48,271 nt of DNA. It comes from Atractiella rhizophila. Lineage: Eukaryota. The notes beneath the pieces were generated by a model that ran no database searches, was not told the DNA's origin, and saw only the letters and a list, made by a program, of their open reading frames with translations. Shown one piece after another: positions 37,309 through 48,271 of the stretch. A program made the position numbers and the translations under genes. Numbering within the stretch: position 1 is the first letter of the stretch; each line of letters starts with the position of its first letter. The stretch lies in assembly GCA_021432655.1 (NCBI GenBank), contig MU271538.1, forward strand, positions 1 to 48,271. The letters are read 5' to 3'.

Positions 37309-38775
37309 TGTTTTCGTTACCTCCTCCTTCCTCGGATCTGTCGAGTACAAGTCGACAGGACCCGCCGATGGATGAGTTTCCGGATGACGACTTTGGGGAT
37401 GATGGTTTCGGAGAGGTAGCTGGTGGAGATGACGACTTTAGGGACTTTGGGGACTTTGGAGACTTTGGGAATGGAGATGGATTCGAGAGCATGGACATGG
37501 GACGTGGTGAGGGAGATTTAGGAACAGGATCATCGCAAGTGAGTTGTTCCGCTTCTGATCAATTTGGCGGGGTTAAAAGAAAAGAAGCTGTTGTGTTTCC
37601 CACTAAAGAGAGAAGTGGTCGAGATGATTATAACACGAATACCAATCAAACAATCTGTCAATCCGCTGAGCAAGCTTGTGTTGCAAGCGTTGAAGAAAGC
37701 GTATTCAGAGCTATTTATGATCACCACTTATCACCTTCTCCATTTGCTTTGTTGCAATCAAATTGTCTCCTAACCGACACAATCCCGTTCACAGCCGACA
37801 CCTTCAGCCTCACGTCCACCGCCGTCCTCACCACCTCTAAAGCTCCCCTCAGAACTAACACACACCTCACTGCTCCCCCTCACGTCTTCCCTAATCACCA
37901 CTCTCTACCCCACCCTCTCTTCCTCCCTCACGACCGACCGTGCACCCTCCCGCATACCCCTCTCCCCATCCACCAAAGCCCTCCTCACACACCTCACCTC
38001 TCCCCCCGACTCCACACTCAGCGTGACCACCTTCCAGCGCAGCTTGACCCGCAGAAGCTACCTCCAGGCGCTCGGCATACCCGTTAACCTGGAGGACTTT
38101 TTGGAGGATGTAGGTGGAAGAATGGGCAAGTTGGAGATCGATACCGGGCGGACGGAGGCGTCTGTCGCTGGCGCTGGTGGTGTAGGTGCGAGTGGTCAGA
38201 AGAGTGCACCGGTGAGAGGTGCTTCGTCGTCTGTGCCTGCACGGAAGAGGGAGGAGAGTGCGGCGGGTAAGAAGCCGGAGATCGATAGGAGTCGGATAGC
38301 AGAGATCCTCAAACTTAACGAGGGTGCGTTATCTACTTGTTTCGCTCCTTCTTAGCTTCCTTCATTTGGGAAGTGGAGATGATAAGAAACTGACCCTTTT
38401 GCTGCGTTTGTGTTGACAGATGAACTGTTGCTGTTGCCATTACCATCCCTCAAGAAACTTCACGCAGAGATCAGCACACTGTCGGGAAATACCAGCAGCC
38501 TTCTTACTTGGACCTTGCAATTGAGGGAGAAAGAACAGCAAGACGGAGAGGCATACAACAGCATGATCTCCGTACGTGTTCATCGTTCCCAATTCAGAGC
38601 AAATGCTTATATAATGTAGGACCTCATCTCCTCCGCTGCCAAGATGAAAACCAGCAAGGGGTCGTCGAAACCCTCACCCGTAAGACGAGATAGCGCAAAG
38701 ACACCGACAAGTAGATGGGGAGGTGGAATGAGTAGTCCATCGGGGAGACAGAGCCCAGCTCCCATGCGGAGCTGA
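36801..38775 (+). CDS. Acidic DFGDF-motif protein, DUF5102 / yeast Laa2-like (probable AP-1 accessory factor)
   Basis: DDDFGDDGF...DFGDFGDFG motifs; C-terminal FQRSLTRRSYLQALGIPVNLED and EQQDGEAYNSMIS|DLI. Intron 37539-37794 restores the frame. Family assignment from memory. Confidence 0.75.
37613..37729 (+). ncRNA. Intron-encoded box C/D snoRNA, predicted guide for 18S rRNA Um (yeast U1231 / human Um1288 equivalent)
   Basis: Terminal stem aagtggt/accactt; C box ATGATTA 37624-37630; D' CTGA 37666-37669; C' TTGAAGA 37690-37696; D ATGA 37717-37720. Guide caatctgtcaatcc 37651-37664 is the exact complement of conserved 18S GGAUUGACAGAUUG. Confidence 0.85.
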
Positions 38776-39035
38776 GCATCATGTACATATTTATTCATCT
38801 TTCATTTTTGGACGAACACTGAGTTAGTTGGAAATTGGAAGCGAAGACGCTATCATCGCGTCTGGTGGAGGAAGATGGGTATGCGATTGCAACCTATGAG
38901 TACGTGGATCTGAGGAAACAAGGAGAGAAACAAAAGATGCAACAAAGTTGGGGAGTTGGGAGAATTGGTACAGATGCAGCAAATTTATACGAGAAACACG
39001 AACGCAAAACGAGCCATCGTTGCTATATTATCATC

Positions 39036-42000
39036 TCATCCAACTCCAACTCCAGCGCCCGTCGCTCCCCCTTTCAAACAATAGGGACAAGCGATATCGA
39101 CATATTGGCTCTTCAACGTCGCCGCCAGCTTCAGACTGAGATTCGTGCTACCCGTACCTCCCCCCTTCATCCGATCAATCTGTCGTTCTGCGAGATTAGG
39201 AACCGTAGTTTCTTTCCCATCCGTTGAAGCATGATCGTGCGGGAACACACAGCGAGCGTGGAAGGCGTGGCGGCAGAGAAAGACGATTCCGAGACCTGGG
39301 AGACAGGCATCTTCAGGTGGCGCGAAGAGGGACTTGGAACAGTTTTTGCAGAGTGTCTCGGCTATGGTCCATTCATTGAGCACAGATGTAAGTGAAGATG
39401 GGAGAGAAGGCGGCATACAATGACAGTGGAAGCCATTTGTTTGGCCTGAGTGAAGCTTGAGTTGGAGTTGCCGTGAATCGTTCGCTAGAACTGATTTACA
39501 GCCTTCCAGTAATGACATCTACTCAACGTTGAGCACCCTAGAGCACTAGGGAAGATATGACGCACCTGGAGGGTGAAATCTTGTAGAATTTTGATCAATG
39601 ACGCTTTGAGGCCAGGTATTTCTAACCCATTTTGGATCCGCCGTATGAGGAGGATGGGGTCGATCTCCCCTCCTACCGTCTCCAGTAACTTCTTGATAAA
39701 AGCTGAAACGTTAGTTAGCGATGGACATGTGACGTAGAGGAAAATATACTTGGCCGAGTCTCTGAATACTTGAGAAGATCCTGCCAAAGTTCAGCGTCGT
39801 TTTGCTCCTTTGCAAATTCAATAGCCTATCACGCAGGGTCAACATACTGCTTGAAAGGACATAAGAAAGGTTGTATCCACCCGGTCAACATCCGCTAGAC
39901 GCTCGATGATAATCATGAGAGCTTTCTTGTTGTTTCCCATCCTTCCAAGCAGGAATATGACTTCTGGTATCAAATCGCACTTTTGACACACATTGTATGC
40001 TTTCTATTAGTGATTCAGCTTCTACACCAAGGAAGGTGGATTTAGGTTTCGCACCTCTAAGCTGTAGTAGCTGTTGGATCTAAGGAAGTGCATAAGCTTG
40101 TTGGAACCAAATTCAGTGTAGAGTTCAACCTGGGTGTCATCAGCATATACCTCGACAAGAACACAGAGAACGCACTTGTAGATCAGCGTAAGCAAAAGCC
40201 AGATGAGGGTCTTTCTCAAAAACTCCATCGAGGTATTTAAAAAGGTCCTTCCGTTCTGATGCCAGTTGCTGAACGACGCGGTCGATAGGTATCTCATTAG
40301 TGTGCTCTACGAAGAGGCGCATTGCCTCCTCCTCCCCACTCTCACCCTTGACGCTCCTCTCGAACAACACGAGCTCCTTAATCCCATCATTTTCCTTCAT
40401 TTGGTCCCAAAGCTGATGCTGTTTAATAAACTCAAAAACTTCGAGTTTCCGGAGTTTCAGAAAGTAAGGGATCGCTTTCGCGTATTGTTCGGAGTGAAGA
40501 AGAAGTTCGAGCGCGCAAGAGAGGAGGATATCGTATTCTGGGACGGTGCGGTCGGTGCGATCAATCCGATCCTGGACAGCCAGGAGGACGGAGGAAGTAG
40601 AGTAGATGTCGCCTGGCCATTCCTTGATCGTTTCGAGCAGTTTCTAAATCACAGTCATGGTTTCACAGATGTGACGTGATCAGAGGAAAACGCGCACGGC
40701 AGGAGAGGATTTGAGAAAGGAGGCCAGGATCATTTCATATACGGTCGCCTCCAGTTTCGGCTCAGTGGTCGGGACAAAAGGGATGATGACCTTGAGCTGA
40801 CCGCGTTCGACAAAAGCCCAAACCCAGGCCTCCCACTCATCCTTCCCATCAACGAACTCCCGTCCTTCCTGTGCTGCCTTCTCATATTCCCCCTTCTCTA
40901 ATAACGACGCCATCCATTTTTTCCCTATGGCCTTGCGATCCCCTTTCACAGTTCCCATTGATCCGTTGACTCCCAAGTCAACAAACCCTTTTGGCCCATC
41001 TAATAGTTCCAGAGCCTCCTCGTATCGCCCAACGGAAGTGAGCCATTCGACGCGGTCGGAGGGATCGCGCCGTTTGACTAATACTAGATCCTCCGGCGAC
41101 ATGACGTACCAACCATCATCATCGTGAGTTGCATTACCTGTTGTTGTTGTCGATACCGGAGGGCGATCAATGGAACAGAACCGATAATCCCACGTCTTGA
41201 ATTTGTCCGCATGTGCCAATTCAAGTTCATCAGCCGACAACTCCTCTCCTTCATTACTGACGACGAGGAGACTGGGTCGCTTTTCTCCCTCCTCTTCTTC
41301 TGTCGGATAACCAAGGATTAAAAAGCCTTCCGTACCATATGGTCTCACACCTAAGATCTCCCAATCGAACTCGAGGCTCACAGCCGGTACGTCGAATACA
41401 AGCTTCTCTTCCTTCATCAAGCTGACCCCGGGAAGATTTGCGAGGTTAAAAGCGCCGTGTGCAGCTTCCGAATGAGGTTTGACGGAAAGGAGTGAAAGGA
41501 GAGATCCCCAACCGATCAGGAGGGTGGGACGACCGTTGAGCGAAGGAGAGAAGAAGAGAGAGGGACGGATGAGAGCTGGAGAAGGCGAAGATTGGGGGTA
41601 GCGTACGAAGGCGATCCGTTGACTTGTCTGAACATCATAGACCCTTACGCCCTTCCGATCCAAACGGGGCATCAGCCTTCCATCGTCGGCGTATTCTTCC
41701 GTAAGGAGAAAGGCTCACAGCATCTGACACCCAAGCCACCAGCCTCTCCCACCACTCTACCGCCCTGATCGGGCCCTCTCCTCCAAAGATCTTCGTCTCC
41801 TTATTTCCCAACCATCCTTTTTCCATCATTACCAAGTTGCCTCCCATCCCACCGCACACAAATCGTTTCGTCCCTAAGTCCGCATACCGTGGCTCGAGGG
41901 CGAGTGCTAGAATAGGGCGCTTCAAATCGTGCCCATGCGCCTCTTCCTTTGCCGATAGAGGGAGGAGACAGACTCTGCCTGTTGACTCCATTTCAGCATG

Positions 42001-42800
42001 TAGGCTATATAAAGGAGTCTGAGAAGGCGGAGCGCATCAAATACGATATGCACAATCCACATGATAGGTATGATGATATGTTGCAGCTTTCAAAACTCAG
42101 CGGTTACTTCCCAAGAGCTACAACCAACAATATGACCTCTACGAATGTGCTCAACCATGCTTCACCGACGTTTTACAGGAAACATGCATACCAAACACGG
42201 TAACGCTCTCCGCTCCCACTCCCACGCGCCTTGAAGAATAGACTCACCATCATGACCTGCCGTGCCCACCATTTCCTCCTTCTCATCCATCGTAACCGCA
42301 TTCACCGTCGCACCATGAGCTCTCCACTTTTTCACTAAAACTTGGTCATGATCCCACACCATAACCGTGCCTTGATGCGTTCCAAGGGCTATGTAATGCT
42401 TTGAGAGGTAGACAGACGACATGGTGAGATGTTGTGATTCGAGAGAAGAAGCGAGAGTTGGGAACAGCGAATATTTCAGCGCCGGCTCCTCCTCCTCGTC
42501 ATCCTCATCCTCTTCATTTTCGTCTTCCTCTTCCTGCTCAGACTCGGAAACCTCTCCATTGGACATTGGCGGATCGACGTTGGGGTGTAAACCATTGCCA
42601 TTCAGCGGCGTCCCTTCTGACTTGGCATCAGTGCCATTTAAACCATCTGTCCCATCCTCCAACGCCACTGGTTCTCTGACCTCGTCATGTTCCACCTTCT
42701 CTAAAGTCATTGAGGCATTCCGCGGTCGTCGTTTCTGCGGAACCGACGCGTCCCGGTCGGAAACGGGAAGAGTCACCTGATCCAATGCGCTTAGGTGCAT
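39036..42800 (-). CDS. VPS41: HOPS subunit Vps41
   Basis: EEEPALKY, ALGTHQG WD40 start, CGGMGGNLVMMEKGWLGNKE, clathrin-repeat region, IDPILLIRRIQNGLEIPGLK and C-terminal RING (FLCRHAFHARC...CPYC). Confidence 0.93.
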
Positions 42801-43131
42801 TCTTCATCTGATGAATACACGTATCCAGACCCTTTCGCTTTTCGCTGTTATTGATATTGGTGAGTTGGGTTGCAGGTTATGTATGCTTGATCCTGAAGCT
42901 TCACTCGCCTTCCCAAATTTTCTCGTCGTGGGCGTCTTCGTTACTTCAAATTATAATTATTGTTGTTCTGCTGAATGAAGTAAATGCCCTATACGCCCCG
43001 CATGAACCTCTGGATGAGAAGATGATGTAGAGGTTGGCTTTGCGAAATCAACGAATAAGTTGTCCACCTGCGCTCAAGGTTCCATCTAATAAGTACCAGT
43101 GGTTGCTGTACGGTCATAATAATTGATCAGA

Positions 43132-44154
43132 ATGTCTTGCAGTCCCGAGATGAGCGACAATCGAACAGCAAAGTCGGAAACCGTGATTTCCTCCACCTTC
43201 CCCATCACGGCAGATTGTGACCTGATCATCATATCTGGCGACGGAATTGCACACGGCGTACGAAAGATCCTGCTGGAACACTATTCTAAAGTCTTTGCCT
43301 CGATGAGCGCCATGCCTCAACCGGCCAATGTTGAAGAGAAAGTTACTCCCCGCGTCTTCCTGCAGGGACCAGCGGCTGTTCTGGAGGTCGTTCTTAAATC
43401 TGTACACGGAATTGAGGATTCGAACTTCTTGAGCGACACAGTGGACTTGGACTTGCTGTTGGACACGGTCGAAGCCGCAGACAAGTATGACTTACCGTAT
43501 CTACGCCAAGTCTGCCGCTTCGTTATCCAGTAAGCTATATATTCCCTCCCAGTGGGCAGGAAATGCTGATATTGTAAGGATGAAATAGGAGCCGAGCACT
43601 CCATATCTCACAACAGGAGGAAGAACACACAAACAAGTTCTTTGACGCTGTTAAAATCTATCTCATCACCTGCCGAACTGGGGACGCGAAACTCATCAGA
43701 AGCGCCATAAAGACAGCGTGCTCCTCTCAGCATCTCAGCAGCACTGCTGATGGCAATATGTCATCGCACCAAATGATCAAAAGATTCAGTACGGAGAAAT
43801 CGTTTGACCTGAACGCCATGTACCGCTTGGTGCGCATCCCCACTTGACATAAACCTTGCCCTCATACTCAATGTGCAGGCGATGGTCCTGGAAACGAATC
43901 GGCGGTTAGTCTACGAACAGGTCTGCAAGCTCACTCAAGCATATATCAGCGACACCTGCAATGAGTATAGTACTCTAGCTAAAATAAGTGAAGACATTAT
44001 CCTATCAGACACTTTGGTTGAAATGCTATCAAGACAATTTCCGCCCATCTCCTTCGTTTCGACGATGTTTCCGAATATTGCCCTGGAATTCGCGACTGGG
44101 ATTCAGAAGAAGGCCACATCAGACGACAGTGCATTTGTCAGGCTGCTAGATTAG
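43132..44154 (+). CDS. BTB/POZ-domain protein
   Basis: DCDLIIISGDG...VRKILLEHYSKVFASM...EAADKYDL pattern; two short introns. Confidence 0.75.
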
Positions 44155-44349
44155 CTGCTGAGTGCTTTCAGGAACTCGAACTTGACGATTATATTTGAAG
44201 GTTTACAGGTTGCAACAACAGATTGGATGTTCTCCGCTAAACAATGTACTGAGTGCCAGTTTAGGAGTGAGAGGCGATGTAACATTCTCCAATACTCTAC
44301 ATGTAAGAGTGACGGAGGACTGGTGGTGGCCGTGATAACCTGGAATATC

Positions 44350-45545
44350 TTACCTCACAATCTGAAAATCCACAACACAATCTCTCTTGCACTCGTCGAA
44401 GACTTGGCTGTACTTGATGGACAAGTCTGTACCGAAACGCAAGCTGACTTCAGCGAGGACGACAAAGCTTCGAAGGTCAGGAAGAAATGTTTCGTCGTCC
44501 AAAAGCTCCTTCCAAGAGGTAGGGCCGAGAAGAGAGAAAGGAAGATTAGGATGAAGCCAAACACCCAAGTGTCTAACGCTGCGGGGAATTTTCTGAAAAA
44601 TGGATCTATCGAGACACTCTCCGCCTAAAGTAAGGTACTCAAGGCTAGGGGCACTGGCGAATATCGATTCGATTCGTAATCTGTCGGCAGTGGTAAAGCT
44701 TGATGGGGACGGGATCTTTATCGTGGCTTTCCGGAGCAAAGGCAAGGGGAAAAACCCGTCCAGGATTGACATGTCGGCATCAGTGTTGATGGATACATCA
44801 AGGGAAAGCTCGCGAAGTGACGGAAAGTACGATAAAAGTCTGAGAATGACGGATAGAGCGATTGCCTTGCAAGAAATTGATAGTTCTATAACCCTCGACT
44901 GCGGAAACGTTTGAGTTCGATTCAGTTGTCCCTCTAAATACGATTGAAGGTAAGGGAGCTGACGTGGGGGTGATCAGCTAAGAATATCGGCAGATTCTCC
45001 AAATCGACAGAGCGCTGATCTGTAATGCGGATGATAGAAATTTGAGCGGGCAGAATGTGGAGTATTTTGTTGAACTCGGCAGGTTCCATTGAAGAGTACC
45101 CTTTGAGCTGGACAGAAGCCAGATAAGGAAGCAAATGTAGACATTCGTCCAGCGTGTGAACAAGTGGGCTTGCGCGAGCATCGTACTTGATGACTATAGA
45201 CCTGATGTACTCAGAGAGCCAAGAGTATGCTCTTAGGGAGTGGGCAAAGTTTAAAATCAATGGAGCATCTCGTGGCGATCTGGAAGAAAGAGCGACGTTC
45301 ACGGTTCGAAACACTCGTTGACGAACTGACACCGTCCATGTTCGACAGCTATCCTCAGTTTGAGCTAGGGGTAACTTTGAAGGTGGAGGAAGCGAAACAT
45401 ACACGCAACTCCAGTCCAACAAGTCTTTGGTTGACATCCATTCGTCCCTCCTCGTTTTCGCCGGTCTTGAACCCCAAGTTTCGCTGTGTATGAAATGGGA
45501 TAGAATTGTATCGACTACATCGGGAGGGAGGCATTTATGTACCAT
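44350..45545 (-). pseudogene. F-box-like/LRR-like paralogue 3 with a 1-nt frameshift near 44935 (pseudogene or sequencing error)
   Basis: LPPDVVDTIL...WSCV|CRTW. Similarity to paralogue 2 continues in another frame (SCKAIALSVILRLLSYFPSLRELSLDV) after stop TAG at 44934. Confidence 0.7.
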
Positions 45546-46218
45546 TATGGATTCAAAGCAGGCGGTATTGTTGTCCGTGTTGGTTGACGCTAACAATATA
45601 TCAGCTATATATGCAGCCTCGAAAGTGCCAAGACAAGCCACAGAAGCAGTAAAAGGCCATCAAGTCAAGCTACTTATAATATTCTGAGGTATCGATGCTG
45701 AAGAGGTGTGAAAAAGATGCAGACTAGTGACGAAATGTGTGAAATAATCATAATGTTGTTGATTAGGAGAGGATAGAAAGAGGTAACTCCTTAAATTGGA
45801 GAAACGTCTGGCTGATGGCGAGAGAGTTCGCTTTTGCTCTTAGGCACTGCAATACATTATCTAGGGAGCTCGCATGAAGGGGAAGTGACAGCAACCCTCC
45901 AGATACAATTTGAGGAAAATAACAGTTCCCTATCGTGATAACTCACCTTAACCGAGGCATTCCTGATGAGAGTGAACTAATCTGACCAGCCCAGCAATCC
46001 AGTCACGAGCCTATTCCGTATCGAGTAATGACGAAGCAAAGTAGGTGATGGTTGTTGGGAAGACGGGAGGAGACGCGACCCCACGCATTTCCATCGATCA
46101 TTGCAAAAGCAGATCCACCTCAAGAGTCTTACCTCCTTGCTTCTCACCTCTTCTCCTTACCAGTAGCACCTACACTGGTCTGCAAAGGTTGCGCCGCGGT
46201 CTGCAGCCATAGATCAGC

Positions 46219-48271
46219 ATGTCTTCTCTCGATCTCGGCTCGCTCAAATGGTATTACAAGCCATCTCCTCTCCCATCACTCTCTCCGCTTGACTACAACC
46301 AACACATCAAACCTCCTCCAGCGTTGAAGGGAGAAGACGGGTTGGGAGGAGCATGGACAGAGTGGGATGAATGCACGCAGGGTGTTCCTGGGACTGTTCA
46401 TGTAGAGCTCTTGGCTAAAGGGAGAATTGTGGACCCTTTCTTGAAAAGGAATGAGCGATTGGTGCAATGTAAGTAGTCATTTACACTATGTGTTAGGCGA
46501 GAGATGCAGTCGTGCGGTAATCGGCTAGTTCAATGCAACGGAGGAGAGAAGAGATCTTAGAATGCTTGAGAAAGCACATTGTTGTGCCTCTCATCGGACG
46601 GAAGTTTGGTCAGCTTGGAAAGACTCCATCTCACTTGTCCTTTGTATCTTCCTTTCTTTGGTTGCTGTTTCTGTTACGTTTCGAGGAGCGTAATGAAGAG
46701 ATACCCTCAATGACACGGATTTCTCCAGCCTTGTCCCATTTCGAAGCACAGAGACGGTGTTTTCAGCTGGTGGAAACTCGAGTGAAGAGAGAGGATATTC
46801 AGTTGTAAAGCTGGGAACTCTTCAGCCCCAATTATGAAAGAATTTGTCGGTCTCAGCTTTCACGTGCCTTACCTTACAAATTAAATAAAAAGATGTACAT
46901 TGTCTTAAACAGGGGAAAGTCAGCGAGAAAGTAGATATCACACAGTAGTGAAGTCAAAGGTGAATAGCGGGTTCTCAGTCCCATGATCTGCTGTAATGAA
47001 TTCAAGAACCACCGAGTTTTCGGCTTTGCTCTCTTCGGAAGGAGTCGTCACCATAGCAAAGCTGATACATACTTCAATCAGGGGTCGGAGAAACAGATTG
47101 GATCTACCGCTGCAACTTCCCTTCTCCAGCGCTCCCTGCCAACTCTGCACACTCCTTCCGCTTTGATGGTCTCGACACCTTCTGCGACGTTTACCTCGTT
47201 CGCTGCCTTTCCTCCTCCGAACCATCCAACAAGTGCTTATCAGCGTGATAGAACGGAAAGATCATTTTGGGGACGGACAATCAGTTCATTTCCCATCGAG
47301 TAGACGTCACGGATGCATTGAAGAAAGAAGGAGAGATCAATGACCTGTATCTTGTCTTTCGAAGCGCGTTTGTGAAAGGGAGGGAAATCGAGGAACATTA
47401 TTTGGGTGAGGGCAAGCACTGTGCGCTGTCTCTCCTCACACAATTAAAACGAGAACATTAACGAAACGAGACGATGGAAAGTAAACTTATGGAACGGTGA
47501 CGCCGCGAGATTGTGGGTGAGAAAGAGTGGAACGAACTGGGGATGGGATTGGGGGTATGTGTTGTTTTATGTATTTGTTTGCTCGAATCCCAAACTGCAT
47601 GGACGTTAGGCCAGTTCTGATGACGATTGGACCTTGGCGGCCTATTGTATTGGAGACGTTTGCATTGAGGATTGAAGACTTGTGAGCTGTTGCCTCCGTC
47701 TGTTGTGCGACTCACGCATTCGTCCAGGTATTCGCGGCCCGTCGTCGCTCACGATTTAACATCCTCTCTTTCAGTTTCCTTTAGCGCCATCTCAGCGCCT
47801 AAGTCTTCCGCCAACAGCGTATCCGCTACCGTAGAACTCATCGATCCCAAATCGTCTCGCGTTTTGAGTTCTCAAACAGTGGAAGCGAAGGTTAATGAAG
47901 ATACAATAGTCGATCTCGGGAAGTTTGAAAAGGGAGACATTGAACTGTGGTGGGCTTTAGGACAGAAGGAAACCAGAGAGGAAGTGGGACGTCTCTACTC
48001 CGTCAGGGTCACGGTTAGCTTCGAAAACGTCGGTTCTTGTGTTGTTTTCATACATCGGCAACAGTCTGACTTTTTGGGCAAGGTTACAACTACCGAAGAG
48101 CAAAAGGTCGGTTTCCGTCGCCTTCGACTTGTTCAGGAACCGTTAGACGGTCAGCCCGGTACAAGCTTCTATTTTGAAGTCAACAATCTCCCTCTTTTCG
48201 CTGGAGGCAGCAATTGGATTCCCTGCGATAACTTCTTGAGCAATGTTAACAAGAAACGCTACGATGATTGG
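46219..48271 (+). CDS. GH2 beta-mannosidase, 5' part (continues beyond the window)
   Basis: VPGTVHVELL...DPF...VQ|WVGETDWIY, FDGLDTF, WNGD...VRK...WGWDWG|P, SFYFEVNNLPLFAGGSNWIP; first intron 46469-47081. Confidence 0.93.

Noticed and set aside
35383..37498. Long antisense ORFs (195 and 247 aa) and similar shadow ORFs elsewhere
   Set aside because: Explained by low-complexity coding sequence on the opposite strand.
37539..38087. 3' part of the 428-aa ORF (His/Pro-rich tail)
   Set aside because: Intron read-through in the wrong frame; the spliced frame gives the conserved C-terminal motifs.
42069..42076. Perfect C box ATGATGA on the plus strand
   Set aside because: Antisense to the VPS41 transcript and no suitably placed D box.
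46910..47070. RNase P/MRP-like GGAAAGUC or a C/D snoRNA in the mannosidase intron
   Set aside because: No convincing CR-V partner; the C/D candidate has poor K-turn geometry and is too short.
1..48271. Transposons, CRISPR arrays, rRNA or tRNA genes
   Set aside because: No transposase/RT/integrase motifs, LTR or TIR pairs with target-site duplications, spacer arrays or structural RNA genes were recognised by eye.

Overview
Intron-rich fungal genomic DNA, most likely a basidiomycete (short GT-AG introns of ~45-100 nt, CTRAY-type branch points), with about 22 gene models. Conserved genes are a GDA1-type apyrase, RPB11, SEC24, RPL28/uL15, a STYX-family phosphatase, a DUF5102/Laa2-like protein, VPS41 and a GH2 beta-mannosidase (runs off the 3' end). 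They are interleaved with lineage-specific genes: an HMG-box factor, three F-box-like paralogues (one frameshifted), a BTB protein, a hemerythrin-like protein, a secreted carboxylesterase and several orphans. Four highlights are not visible in the ORF track. (1) A box C/D snoRNA with compensatory non-canonical C/D boxes lies inside a 256-nt intron, with a 14-nt guide to 18S rRNA. (2) Three further oversized introns (269, 480, 613 nt) have complementary ends and may host RNAs. (3) Two adjacent micro-exon-split Zn(II)2Cys6 genes are present, one with two tandem clusters. (4) Two ~1.2-1.4 kb tandem duplications occur, one creating a chimeric ORF; both could be haplotype mis-assembly. All gene models were spliced by eye and family calls are from motif recognition; no database search was run.
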